From positions 62,001 to 126,000 of the IMG/VR virus record IMGVR_UViG_3300020195_000009: DNA of 64,000 bases. The stretch is one strand, 5' to 3'. Below the pieces are notes generated by a model. That model was not told the origin of the DNA. It did not search any database and saw only the letters and a list, made by a program, of their open reading frames with translations. A program made the translations under genes and the position numbers. Of the stretch, positions 38,901-47,408 are shown piece after piece (position 1 is the first letter of the stretch; each line of letters opens with the position of its first letter).

Positions 38901-40248
38901 GGAGGAGGAACTCCGTCGTGGAGGTCCTAGCTGGGACAACCGAGTTGTCGATGAACCGAGCACACTCCGCAAGCCAGAGCTTGTCGTCCACCAAGGTGGG
39001 ACCGATCTGACTGTCATCAAACAGCTCAGCGCCAGGGGTGCGCAACGTCGAAGAGACGGCGTAGCTGGTACCCCAATGGATGATCGACACGTCCGGGGAC
39101 GGGTTCGACACCACGAAGTCCTGGTTTTGAATGAAGTCTGCACGACCGGGAGAGATGCCGGCCCGGATCACGTTGGTGACCAGAGTGTTGGGGAGGTAGT
39201 CGAACGTATCCTGCCAGGTGTTGGCGAAGTACGTGATGAGGACTTCCGAGCCAGGAGCAGGAGCCGTGGGCAACGTAACCGTGCCGTTCGTCCCATCGAC
39301 GGAAGCCGGAATCACCTGGACTCCGTTGACCTTGGCGACAACCTTGCTCGGGTCCGTCGTTGTAAGGCCAGCGCTGGTCCCATCTACAATGGGGCGCTGG
39401 AAGACCTTGTAGGTAGCGTTACGGGCCGTCTTTTGACCGTTGACCAGACCAAGGATACCGTTCGCGTTGCCATCCCCAATTTCAATTGAGGTAGCCGCGT
39501 TGAACTGAAGATGCAGAGTGCCGTCGTTGGCCGTGAAGACACTCGTAGTGAGACCGACGATCGCGGCTGCATCGATCTGGGTCTTGAGGGACGATGCGGT
39601 TGCCGCAGGGGCAACCGTGAACGTAACCGATACCTCGGCTCCCCCGTTCACCTTGATCCTGAAGTTGTCGTTCGCCCCAGCGGTGATGTTGAACGTCTGG
39701 TAGCCGGGAGTGACGATTTCTGCCGTCGTCGTCGTCACCTGGTCGGACAAGTCGTCCGTGAAGGCCGTGTCGCCCCGGTGGAAGAAGTAGGTGCAACGAA
39801 CGACGTCCGTTGGTTGCGGAGGGACTTGGAGGATGACTTCTCCGGTTGAGCCTCGGACGGCTCCAACCGCCACCGGGATCCCGTTGACCGTCACGGTCAC
39901 GGATCGGACGTCGTTGGTCGTTCGACCGAATCCTTGCCCATCTACGATGGGGAAATTCCGAATCTTGAACCGCGTCCGAGTCCCATCATTCACCCCAAGA
40001 ATGGGGTTGGCCGGGTTGGAGTCATCGACAATCCAACGGACCGTGATGTCCTCGTTGACGATCTGCTGGTCAAGAGTCGATGACGAACCTCTCACCATCT
40101 CCAGGTCGAGCTGCTCCAGCTCTTCCTGACCCACACCAATGACGGTGGGGATGCGAAGGCCTGCGATGAGCGCAGCCACATTCGCTTCCGTCAAAGTACG
40201 AGAGTAAACGCCAGGAGGAACGTACGTAGTGAAGGGGCCCAACGCCAT
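35950..40248 (-). CDS. Contractile tail sheath protein with large insertion domains
   Basis: N-terminal 'YVPPGVYSRT'; C-terminal 'VRVRQGLTT...RLPTVTQIADFV...AFVGTK...YQPIFPLLYLVLTF' are sheath signatures. Confidence 0.92.
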   Translation of the reverse strand: MALGPFTTYVPPGVYSRTLTEANVAALIAGLRIPTVIGVGQEELEQLDLEMVRGSSSTLDQQIVNEDITVRWIVDDSNPANPILGVNDGTRTRFKIRNFPIVDGQGFGRTTNDVRSVTVTVNGIPVAVGAVRGSTGEVILQVPPQPTDVVRCTYFFHRGDTAFTDDLSDQVTTTTAEIVTPGYQTFNITAGANDNFRIKVNGGAEVSVTFTVAPAATASSLKTQIDAAAIVGLTTSVFTANDGTLHLQFNAATSIEIGDGNANGILGLVNGQKTARNATYKVFQRPIVDGTSAGLTTTDPSKVVAKVNGVQVIPASVDGTNGTVTLPTAPAPGSEVLITYFANTWQDTFDYLPNTLVTNVIRAGISPGRADFIQNQDFVVSNPSPDVSIIHWGTSYAVSSTLRTPGAELFDDSQIGPTLVDDKLWLAECARFIDNSVVPARTSTTEFLLPTNPTTGNGRDTVLGLDLFFAATNQRQDLISNRPDLVVVRVGRNLRDALNRPVAKVLAVDGVSRKITLKDAVPPDYKAFATFYYNRIADDTYILTNKTPGPIGTGQFEVFSSLFNSNVLQVRFGSKGGGLVDTVQWPRGVEQIPDVFHFGGTPVSETVTVTFGVSAATNAVYTNKGAQPFSFYGPSSATWRTVLNGGSTLATNLNVATRGYLVSQAVPLSGGGVLITAAVNDLLEITIDGVDLTVTLPAGPAITPAAIATAVNAVIDANATFLGTAPNNMFTPIPGPGASSTFFVLRSYAVPTALPAGFDHTSYSAIRQGTAETTLGFTTFQRADGTTGAVNKAATILGTLAQPFSVVSGVSDEFKVRVNGIDFTAIVNPASTTAALVVIDINAAISSQGTASVGTGANLNKIRITSNTNSDQSAVLILNGSANAIFGFNEGDFASQTRVSVQEVVDRLMDTIGFAVSTWSPPTPSATGAVTYPSVIDAQTYLTIESVVLGTTSAIAFVTGTNSAFNVLTGTQIVPGTDGDSGEGVYDNFVVTSNNPIGSAGTGIPGQTYTDVRSGLRFTVLPSADGSYNTGGFFTMDVSPTWNVNPSVPYLSIPGLETIVTNTVNVGINDTATLQTFNPSGVEPKNGDFYFISYRFLKQDFSTRIFRQFKTIQANFGTLSAENRVTLGAFLTILNGAVLVGVKQVLKVPNTNQASAQSFIDAIQALGTPLPGNIKPDVIIPLATDTAVYSFLTQHCEIQSNIRNQSERMGFIGFASGTTPTTAQTVARGLVSQRMVAFYPDSSVITLSNELGETFETLVDGSFFAAAVAGAVCSPAIDVATPYTRRRVQGFTRIPRILDAVELNQTATAGVTLLEDLDPIVRVRQGLTTNMTSVLTRLPTVTQIADFVSINSRAVLDAFVGTKILSSRVNEVEVSMTSLFKQLIQQEIVAAFTGISAQVDTEDPTILRAEAFYQPIFPLLYLVLTFNLRARI

Positions 40249-40422
40249 CTGAATTTCTCCTCAGTGTCAGGGATCGCTCAATTGGATTCGATCTTCATTT
40301 TCGATAGAAAGATGAGCGTTCTGGATCTGATTCGATTGGATCTTCATCTTCCGGTAGAACCGGGTGGCGTTTCTTCGTCAAGGTTACAATACAAGGGGAT
40401 TACCGAAGACTGAAATTTACCC

Positions 40423-40857
40423 TCAGGGCTTGGGTACGATGGGTTGGTTCTCCATCGTAACGGCGTAATCGACGAGATTTTCGCGAGCTGTCTTACCCCC
40501 AGGGCTCATCGCATCGTACTCAACAAAGCCATCCCCGTCGGAGCGGAGTAGGGCGCCGGACCCACCTTGCTCTCGGACTTGCTTCTTGACCTTCTCTCGC
40601 TCTCGGTACTCCGACCAACGTTCTTCCGCACTACGACCCACGATCTTGTCCGCCGTAGGGTAGTCATGGTCGTGGACGCCTGAGTTCGCTGCCGCTCCGT
40701 TCCCAGCCGAGAAGGCATGGGAGAAACCGTTACCCATAAAAAGGCGAGGAGCCTCCTCTTTACAGGCAGGACATGGATGTGTGGGGTGATCCCCCATTTT
40801 CAACGTTCGCTCAAACCTGGTCGAGCAACTCTGGCAATCAAAGTCGTACTTCGGCAC
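40423..40857 (-). CDS. FmdB-family zinc-ribbon protein
   Basis: 'MPKYDFDCQSCSTRFE...PCPAC' matches the CxxC-CxxC FmdB pattern; GTG start with GGAGG RBS. Confidence 0.85.
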   Translation of the reverse strand: MPKYDFDCQSCSTRFERTLKMGDHPTHPCPACKEEAPRLFMGNGFSHAFSAGNGAAANSGVHDHDYPTADKIVGRSAEERWSEYREREKVKKQVREQGGSGALLRSDGDGFVEYDAMSPGGKTARENLVDYAVTMENQPIVPKP

Positions 40858-40880
40858 GTCAGGCCTCCATCTATCTTCAT

Positions 40881-42077
40881 TTATGCGATTCGTTCGTAGA
40901 AGTTATTGCGTCCCACGATGACAGGCACCGTGGCAAAGAAGAGCCCAGCAGGAGAGGGCTCATCCAGTCTTGTGGGTCTCCCACGCCGATCTGTGGTCAC
41001 GGCAGCTTCGGCGGCTTTTGTCGCAGTCACCGCCTTGCTGATTGTGAATGGGAGAGGGATGTGAATCTCCCAGTCCGCTTGAAGCTGCAACGACAAGGAG
41101 GCGTTGTAGAAGTAGAGGTCTCCCGTCTCATCGTAGGTCTCCTCTGCCTCGCCACCCATTGACACATCGATGATCTCGATTCCCTCAAAGGAGAGGGACG
41201 CTCGTTTCTCCCCCCAAAGGGACATGACGAGAAAGTCCGCAATCTCCTCCATTTGGATGGGGTCTTGAGAGATGACATCAAGGTCAAACGAGGCTTCAAA
41301 CCGCCCACCAAAGGCGTTGGCCGCATCCACCCGATCGTCGTAAACAACGATCGCCATCTTGTCCCCGGGCTTGCCTCGTTTACCGAAGGCCATGACCACC
41401 CCTGGAAGGGTGGTCCAGTCCGCAGTGTTCCAGCGCCACTCAATAGGACCGATAGAAGGGGCCGCGTAACGATAATCTGCGGTCAAGATAGAGTTGGGTT
41501 GCAACCTGGTCTTGATCTTGATGGCCCCAGTCGCGTAGTTGACCTCAAAGTCCCTACCTTCAATGAGAAGAATTTGACGGTCTTCCCAAATGCGAACCGT
41601 TCCCGCAACGGGTTTTTGCGAAAACTGGGCCTCGGTTTCGATACCCGACCGAACCTTGAGTAGAGGCTCATCCGTCGCTGTCAAAAGAGGGTCGATGACG
41701 AACGTTCCCAGCGTCCCTTCCATGGTGGGGGCCGTCAAGCATTCGATGTAGTAGACCCCAGAGGCCGTTGGCATCCGGTCATCGTTTTTCCGAACGCAGG
41801 GGAGGTCTTCCTTGGCCCATTCGAGAAGGTAGGCCGGGGAGTCCAGGTACGCGAGCATCACGTGACTTGCGACCACACCCACAAAGTTCTCACTGGATAG
41901 CTGGACCTTGTTGGCGCTGGATCCCTTGACGACGATTCCGAACTGGGGACGCTCATCAAAGGCATATTTATTCTGAATCCACGGTACGATCTTCTGGTAA
42001 ACGGGGTGACGGGAGAAGCTGTCTTGTAGCTCAAGGATGAGACGCCTCTTGAGGCTACTAATCAAATAGTAGTACAT
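40881..42077 (-). CDS. Putative tail terminator/tail completion protein
   Basis: Located just before the sheath; 'FEASFDLDVISQDPIQMEEIADFL...YFYNASLSLQLQADW' fits the terminator fold pattern. Confidence 0.6.
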   Translation of the reverse strand: MYYYLISSLKRRLILELQDSFSRHPVYQKIVPWIQNKYAFDERPQFGIVVKGSSANKVQLSSENFVGVVASHVMLAYLDSPAYLLEWAKEDLPCVRKNDDRMPTASGVYYIECLTAPTMEGTLGTFVIDPLLTATDEPLLKVRSGIETEAQFSQKPVAGTVRIWEDRQILLIEGRDFEVNYATGAIKIKTRLQPNSILTADYRYAAPSIGPIEWRWNTADWTTLPGVVMAFGKRGKPGDKMAIVVYDDRVDAANAFGGRFEASFDLDVISQDPIQMEEIADFLVMSLWGEKRASLSFEGIEIIDVSMGGEAEETYDETGDLYFYNASLSLQLQADWEIHIPLPFTISKAVTATKAAEAAVTTDRRGRPTRLDEPSPAGLFFATVPVIVGRNNFYERIA

Positions 42078-42196
42078 CAGGCCGCTCCCGACAGTAACTG
42101 GGGCAGGGCCGGCTGCTTTTGACGAGCCTTAGCGCACGGGCTGCAATGCCCGGACTTGTCCCGTTCCATCGATCCACACTTCCTACAGGGCCGCAT
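42077..42196 (-). CDS. 39-aa CxxC...CxxC zinc-finger mini-protein (probable homing-endonuclease N-terminal remnant)
   Basis: Not in the ORF track: MRPCRKCGSMERDKSGHCSPCAKARQKQPALPQLLSGAA*; its TGA overlaps the next ATG (TGATG). Confidence 0.65.
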   Translation of the reverse strand: MRPCRKCGSMERDKSGHCSPCAKARQKQPALPQLLSGAA

Positions 42197-42205
42197 TGTA
42201 GCCTA

Positions 42206-43246
42206 TCACCCGTCGTGTTCCTGCGTAGCGAGCACGAGGAGACCTTCGGCAACCGCCGTCATCGGGTCTTTCGCCTGACGAATCTCAGAGATTTCGATAG
42301 GGAAACCCTTCTTCTTGATGGCCATGAACTCCTCTTTGAATAGGTCCATGAACCCTTCGGCTAGAGAGGTCCCACCGCTGACCACGAAGGGGACGGCATC
42401 AGGGAGGGTGACCTTCCCCTGCTCCCGCCTGAACTGAATCGCGATCTTCTCCAGGCAATAGGAGATGAGGCTTCGGATGTAGAGAGCGATGGCTTCCGCG
42501 TCCCGGTTACCCTTTCCAGGGTTGGCGAGGTTGAAGCCGCCCTTCTCCTTGGTCGAGCACATCCGAGTCGCCGTTGAACCGACGGCCTTGGCGGCATGAA
42601 GGTCGATCCAATCACCCCCACGAGCGATGGAGAAGTCCATCCCCATCATCGTCTGGTAGGAAAGGGCAACGTTGCACATGCCCGAGCCGAACGAGACAGC
42701 CAGCCCGGAAAACTGCTCTTCCGCACATTGGCTGTAGATGATGGCCATCGCCTCGTTCATCGGGTGCGGGGTATATCGATGCTCCGTGATGATCTGCTTG
42801 AAGACCTCACGGTGATAGGCCACGTCCTGATCGGGGACGTCGATGGGTTCGGCCGGCACGCTGTAGTAGCAGTGCTCGCCAACCTCAAGGGCTTCTCCAA
42901 GAACTTGGAGAACCATCATCGAGAGGATCTCTTGCGACTCCAGCTCACCGGGGGCGATGAGGCCCTTTGCTAAGGGCCGGCGAACTTCCCTCTTGAAGAG
43001 GTTCGCCATGTTGAGGGCACTGTCCCCGATGACGATGAGCTGTCCGTCCTTCTCGACGTAATTCACCTTGGACATCTTGAGCGCCTTCTTGGCGTCGATC
43101 TCAAGGTCGATGAAAGCGTCTCGGACCCTCTTCGTTTTCACGTCCGTCCCGTACTGCCGGGCGGACACGAGGTTCATGGTGCCTACGTCTAGCCCGACCC
43201 CCAGCACAGCATTCGATTCATTTGCCATATTCATATCCTTTTTCAT
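42206..43246 (-). CDS. Actin-fold ATPase (MreB/ParM/FtsA superfamily)
   Basis: Phosphate-1 'GLDVGTMN', connect-1 'MNEAMA', phosphate-2 'VSFGSGMCN', 'GGDWID', adenosine 'VVSGGTS', connect-2 'DPMTAVAEG'. Start may be the ATG at 43228. Confidence 0.9.
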   Translation of the reverse strand: MKKDMNMANESNAVLGVGLDVGTMNLVSARQYGTDVKTKRVRDAFIDLEIDAKKALKMSKVNYVEKDGQLIVIGDSALNMANLFKREVRRPLAKGLIAPGELESQEILSMMVLQVLGEALEVGEHCYYSVPAEPIDVPDQDVAYHREVFKQIITEHRYTPHPMNEAMAIIYSQCAEEQFSGLAVSFGSGMCNVALSYQTMMGMDFSIARGGDWIDLHAAKAVGSTATRMCSTKEKGGFNLANPGKGNRDAEAIALYIRSLISYCLEKIAIQFRREQGKVTLPDAVPFVVSGGTSLAEGFMDLFKEEFMAIKKKGFPIEISEIRQAKDPMTAVAEGLLVLATQEHDG

Positions 43247-43273
43247 CTGGTTTTAGCGGGGTGAACCCGAAAG

Positions 43274-43978
43274 CTAACGACGTTTCCAGAGATCAGCCGC
43301 CGTCTTAGGTGCCGGCTTCCCTCTTTGGAGGAGCAAGTAAACGTGCTCCTCGTGCTTGTCCTCAATCCCAGCAAGGAGGTTATCTGTACCACGTGAGAGC
43401 CGGTCGACTTGCTCCAAAGAGGCAACCATCTGCTTCACGCAGTCCAAGAACCATCGTTCCGCTTTAAGAGAGGTCGCGATGAACGAGTCGGGGTTCTCAC
43501 CTTCCCCGAAGGTCTCCCCGTCCCCACAGAGGGCCTCCACTACCAGAGCCACTTGCTTGGCTTGGGCACCTGGATGGATCATAGACAGCGGGCTGCCTTG
43601 ACCTACCGCCCGCTCCGCAACTTGGTCGATCTCTCCAACTACATCGTTGTAGAGGCGATCAAAGAGCAAGTGGTCCGCGTAGAAAACACCACCATACGTG
43701 AGCCAGTGGTGGCTTTGGTGGACCATTGCAAGCGACCGAAGGAGCGTCAGGATGGCGGGAAGAACCGCCTCGGGGGCTGCAATTGTGGCCTCAAGGACCC
43801 CCGCTACCACTTCTCGAACCGAAGCTACTCGACCCTTAAGCTCAGGGAGGTAGGGCGGTCCTTGCGTGTACGGGTCGTAAGATGAGGGATCCTGCCAAAT
43901 CGAATGGGAGGCATCCTCGGAAGGTGTTACGGGAGCAAATGGGTAAGCCCCAACCTTTTTCCACGCAAGAGGGTTCAC
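43274..43978 (-). CDS. Dps/ferritin-like protein with N-terminal extension
   Basis: 'HQSHHWLTYGGVFYADHLLFDRLY....EIDQVAER' matches the Dps signature H-W...G..F...H..F...Y......D..AER. Confidence 0.85.
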   Translation of the reverse strand: MNPLAWKKVGAYPFAPVTPSEDASHSIWQDPSSYDPYTQGPPYLPELKGRVASVREVVAGVLEATIAAPEAVLPAILTLLRSLAMVHQSHHWLTYGGVFYADHLLFDRLYNDVVGEIDQVAERAVGQGSPLSMIHPGAQAKQVALVVEALCGDGETFGEGENPDSFIATSLKAERWFLDCVKQMVASLEQVDRLSRGTDNLLAGIEDKHEEHVYLLLQRGKPAPKTAADLWKRR

Positions 43979-44709
43979 TTGAACCTCTGCTCCATCTGCT
44001 TGGCGACGAGCGCTGCCTTTTCGGCGAGAGTCTTGATCTCAGGCATCACAAGAGCGAGCACCAAGGTGGGGTCTTCGGTTCGCCCCACGCCAACCTTTTT
44101 CAGGCGAGCAGACCTCTGAGCCGCCTCTTTGAGGCCTTTGACGACCTCTCCGAACTGATCCGTCAAAACCTTGAGGGCTGGGTGGCTCTCCCCTTGGTCA
44201 AGGATCTCCGCAGCCATTTCCCACTGCTCTTCGGAGCCTGAGACAATCGCTACTTTCCCCCCTTTAGGGGGTAGCCTTGACGGGGTGGCTTCCTTGTTCT
44301 TCAGTTCCTTACCAACATCATTCAGAGTCGATTTATCGGCCTTGGGGGTGAAGCTCTTGCCGGAATAGGGACTCTTGAGCGTCCCCGTCATCTTCTTCGG
44401 GAGGAAGAACTCCTTGCCGTCCCCATCGACATACTTGAAGAGAGCGCCTTTGACTTTGGCACCCTCTTCCTTCAGTTCCTTGCCAACATCACCCATCGAT
44501 GAGCGTTCTGGCTTCCCCGTGAAGCTCTTGCCGGAATAGGGACTCTTGAGCGGACCTATTTTCTTCTCCGGTAGGTAGAAATCCCCACCCTCTTCATCCG
44601 TGTACTTCCAAAGCACGGCGGCCGAAGTCTTCTCGATGAGATTGGCGGTACGATCGAGAAGGGCCTGCTTGGGATCGGTTGTGAGCATGGATCGTCTCCG
44701 TAAACCCAC
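43975..44709 (-). CDS. Hypothetical protein with a duplicated 57-aa domain
   Basis: Two copies of '(W/F)KY.D..G..F.LP.K..G.LKSPYSGKSFT.K...S...DVGKELK'; probable start is the ATG at 44688. Confidence 0.75.
   Translation of the reverse strand: MGLRRRSMLTTDPKQALLDRTANLIEKTSAAVLWKYTDEEGGDFYLPEKKIGPLKSPYSGKSFTGKPERSSMGDVGKELKEEGAKVKGALFKYVDGDGKEFFLPKKMTGTLKSPYSGKSFTPKADKSTLNDVGKELKNKEATPSRLPPKGGKVAIVSGSEEQWEMAAEILDQGESHPALKVLTDQFGEVVKGLKEAAQRSARLKKVGVGRTEDPTLVLALVMPEIKTLAEKAALVAKQMEQRFK
44348..44552. repeat. 34-bp identical direct repeat, 171-bp period
   Basis: gtgaagctcttgccggaatagggactcttgagcg at 44348-44381 and 44519-44552. Confidence 0.9.
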
Positions 44710-44742
44710 CCCGCATAAGAACTTTCAGACGTACTGAGCCTT

Positions 44743-45411
44743 TCATTGACCGCCCTGCTGAGACTTCAACCGACGAAGAGCATTCTTCGCCTGTGAGACC
44801 CCACCGGCTTCCGCAGTGGTCTCCTGAACCGCGATTCGAGAAGCATCAACCCCGTCCGGCTTGATTTGAGAGGGTATGAAGTTGGGAGCAGCCTCTTCTT
44901 GGAACTCAGGCAAACTAGCCCTGGAGCCTTGAACGACGGTCTGCATCACGGTCGGTCGGTCCTTCAGGAGAGTGAGCATCTGGTTCAACTTCTCGTCGGT
45001 CGAATTGGCAGCTTGAGCTTCTTGCTCCAAGCGGACCTTTTCTGCTTTCACGGCCGCCAGCTCGGTTTGTAGTCTTACGTTCTCTTCTTGAAGCTTAGCC
45101 TGGTCTCCCTTGAGAACCTGGTTCTCATCCGTGAGCCCGTTGGTCCGGCTTTGAAGGGCGTGGGCCAAGTCATTGGCGAACCGCTCCTCTTCCACTGCTG
45201 GGGCTCGGGGGGATTTCTTGTTGAAGAGTAGGCTGTTGATGTTGAGCTGAAAGATGATCCCTTGGGAAAGGGCTCGATGGAGGTCGATCGACCGGACGAC
45301 AAGGTCAGCCGGGACTGTAACCGCATGACCCTTGGGGACCGAGAAAGCGATGTCCTCGATGATAAAATCCGAAGTCACCCCGCAAACGACCATATCACCC
45401 GTGTTCGTCAT
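44743..45411 (-). CDS. Coiled-coil protein
   Basis: 222 aa; central heptad region 'LTDENQVLKGDQAKLQEENVRLQTELAAVKAEKVRLEQE'. Confidence 0.7.
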   Translation of the reverse strand: MTNTGDMVVCGVTSDFIIEDIAFSVPKGHAVTVPADLVVRSIDLHRALSQGIIFQLNINSLLFNKKSPRAPAVEEERFANDLAHALQSRTNGLTDENQVLKGDQAKLQEENVRLQTELAAVKAEKVRLEQEAQAANSTDEKLNQMLTLLKDRPTVMQTVVQGSRASLPEFQEEAAPNFIPSQIKPDGVDASRIAVQETTAEAGGVSQAKNALRRLKSQQGGQ

Positions 45412-45899
45412 CTGGATGCACCTCTGGCCGCTCGTGAGGCAGCCGCTTGAATCTCCTTGACTACACGCTGACGAATCAACTCTTTAGCTTCAACCTTGGC
45501 CTTCTCAACGAAATCAAACGGCCCTCGGCCTGGGTGGATCCACTTCCCATCCTTCATGGACCGGGCCGAAGCAGTACGAAAGATCAACTCCCCCGTTTCC
45601 GTGATGATCGGGATCGGACGTCTGGCTTTCACAAGCCACGTCATCTGACCCTTCTTTTGGCCCCGGAGCATCATGGCGAAGGCTGGGTGGTTCGACATGA
45701 TTGTCAAGGACGAGGGGCCAACTTGAACGGAAATGGCCTTAGAAAAGGACTTCTTAGCTCGATCAGAGAAGGTCGACTGGAGGAGCTTCTTGCGGACCCG
45801 ATACAGGATCTCCCCCTTCATCAACTGAAGGGCTCGACTAGGGGAATCGGAGATCCCCTTAATTAAAGGCTTGCCGTAGATCGAGGAGATGCGATCCAT
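45408..45899 (-). CDS. Putative neck/tail-completion protein
   Basis: Basic 163-aa protein with 'WIHPG..P..F', a motif common in phage head-tail completion proteins; adjacent to a neck gene. Confidence 0.55.
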   Translation of the reverse strand: MDRISSIYGKPLIKGISDSPSRALQLMKGEILYRVRKKLLQSTFSDRAKKSFSKAISVQVGPSSLTIMSNHPAFAMMLRGQKKGQMTWLVKARRPIPIITETGELIFRTASARSMKDGKWIHPGRGPFDFVEKAKVEAKELIRQRVVKEIQAAASRAARGASR

Positions 45900-45908
45900 T
45901 AGGAGACC

Positions 45909-47324
45909 CTACACGAACCGAGAAACGGCATGGGCAACCTCCAACAAGGAATACCCCACCAAAAATAGAATGCCGTAGTTAGTGTTCTCCCAAGCTTTAG
46001 TTCGGCCGCGAAGCTCACGCTCATTCCCGATGCCGGGCTTCTCCGTGATGTCCCGACCAGCCTCCAACTCAGGCCCCGTGGGGCCGAACTGGGTAGCAGC
46101 AAACTTGATAGGATCTCCGGCTAGAACCTTGTACCGGATGTCCTTGTCGTCAAAGCTGCCGATGGAAAAGTGCTGCTGGAGAAGGTTGCCTCTGTTTGAG
46201 GGCATTCGGACCGGACCGATCGAGTAGCGGTCCCCATTGATCTTCAGGATGAAGTCTCGCTGGGACAGGAGCGGAGTCGGACCCGTCCAAACCTCATACG
46301 TGTGGACCGTGGTTCGCCCATGTTCCGTTTGTCGGATCGCCGTCTCGGCGTCATCAGGAGCAACGATGATCTCGTAGGGTCCTTCGTAACCCCCGACGAT
46401 CATCGTACCGAAACAAGACAAGCAATCCGCCTGAGCTTGCTTGTGATGGAACGATACACAAGGGCACGGAATGCCGACGTTCTTCCGAAGAAAGACGCTG
46501 ACTCGTTCGCCGCCTTGTTGGAGAATCCAACGGTTCCTACGGATGGCCTCCCGCCAGATGTAGTCGAGCTTCTCCGTCTCGAACGTGTTGGTAGCCGCTG
46601 CATGCTCCAGGGGGGTTTCAACGAGGTCCTGGGGGGTCACTAGCGAAAGGTTGCACCCTGTCGGTACCCCAACCGTGGTTACACGGTAGAAGATGCGTTG
46701 GTTCAAGTCCGTTTTGAGGAAGGACCGTGGGTACCGATAGGTGCAGGTCACTCGACTTTGCTGGGTTGGGACGATTGGAGGAATCGTCTGCTGGCGGCCA
46801 ACATCCGTGTAGGTATTAGAGTCTATTTCGATCTCACCCGTGTTGCCGGAGACCTTGAGGACCCGAACCTGAACCCCATCCACGTAGACCCACACATCAC
46901 GAGTGTTGTTCGTTGGGATGTTTCGAGACCCTTCGGCAACAAGGGGTGTGTGAAGAGTCCTGAAGACGTACCGAGGAGCATCCATCCCACTTGCAGAGCA
47001 ATCACCAAAGAGGGTGAACTTGTCCGAGACGTCCTCTTCTACGATCAGCTCGTTGTCCGTCTGGTCTCTCCAGAACGTAGAGCCAATAGGTAGGTCCGTG
47101 ATTCGCTCGTAAGGTCCGAACTCGGAGTCAAACGAGCGGTACACGTTGACCCCAAGCAAGTGGAACCTACTGTTCAACGTGAGGATCGCGGGATCATCCC
47201 ATCGAAGGTCGATGACCCCTCGTGTCCCATCGAGCATGAACAGGTTGAGCGGGGGAGCCGGCCACGGAAGCTTCGTCAGCTCCAGTAGTTGTGGCGTCCT
47301 ATCTCGCTGCCCAACATCAGCCAC
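45909..47324 (-). CDS. Neck/head-closure protein with zinc motif
   Basis: 'GGERVSVFLRK..G.PCPC......QADCLSCFGT..VGGY' is the large-myovirus neck pattern; FN3-like N-terminus; GTG start. Confidence 0.7.
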   Translation of the reverse strand: MADVGQRDRTPQLLELTKLPWPAPPLNLFMLDGTRGVIDLRWDDPAILTLNSRFHLLGVNVYRSFDSEFGPYERITDLPIGSTFWRDQTDNELIVEEDVSDKFTLFGDCSASGMDAPRYVFRTLHTPLVAEGSRNIPTNNTRDVWVYVDGVQVRVLKVSGNTGEIEIDSNTYTDVGRQQTIPPIVPTQQSRVTCTYRYPRSFLKTDLNQRIFYRVTTVGVPTGCNLSLVTPQDLVETPLEHAAATNTFETEKLDYIWREAIRRNRWILQQGGERVSVFLRKNVGIPCPCVSFHHKQAQADCLSCFGTMIVGGYEGPYEIIVAPDDAETAIRQTEHGRTTVHTYEVWTGPTPLLSQRDFILKINGDRYSIGPVRMPSNRGNLLQQHFSIGSFDDKDIRYKVLAGDPIKFAATQFGPTGPELEAGRDITEKPGIGNERELRGRTKAWENTNYGILFLVGYSLLEVAHAVSRFV

Positions 47325-47408
47325 GACCGCACCCCCTCCCTTGAAGATAACGGTCGAGAGCCAGGTCCGCCATGGTGCCTCACCAGAGGCACCTGATAGA
47401 GGGATCCG

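Noticed and set aside
32198-40248. Inteins in the large helicase or sheath
   Set aside because: No C/S-start...HN-C/S/T splice junctions or LAGLIDADG blocks recognised.
1-47324. Interpretation as an extracellular contractile injection system, tailocin or T6SS
   Set aside because: Neck/head-closure-like genes, multiple homing endonucleases, jumbo-sized parts and the lack of host genes, Afp15-like AAA ATPase or TssJLM favour a phage. Not fully excluded, since no capsid, portal or terminase is in the window.
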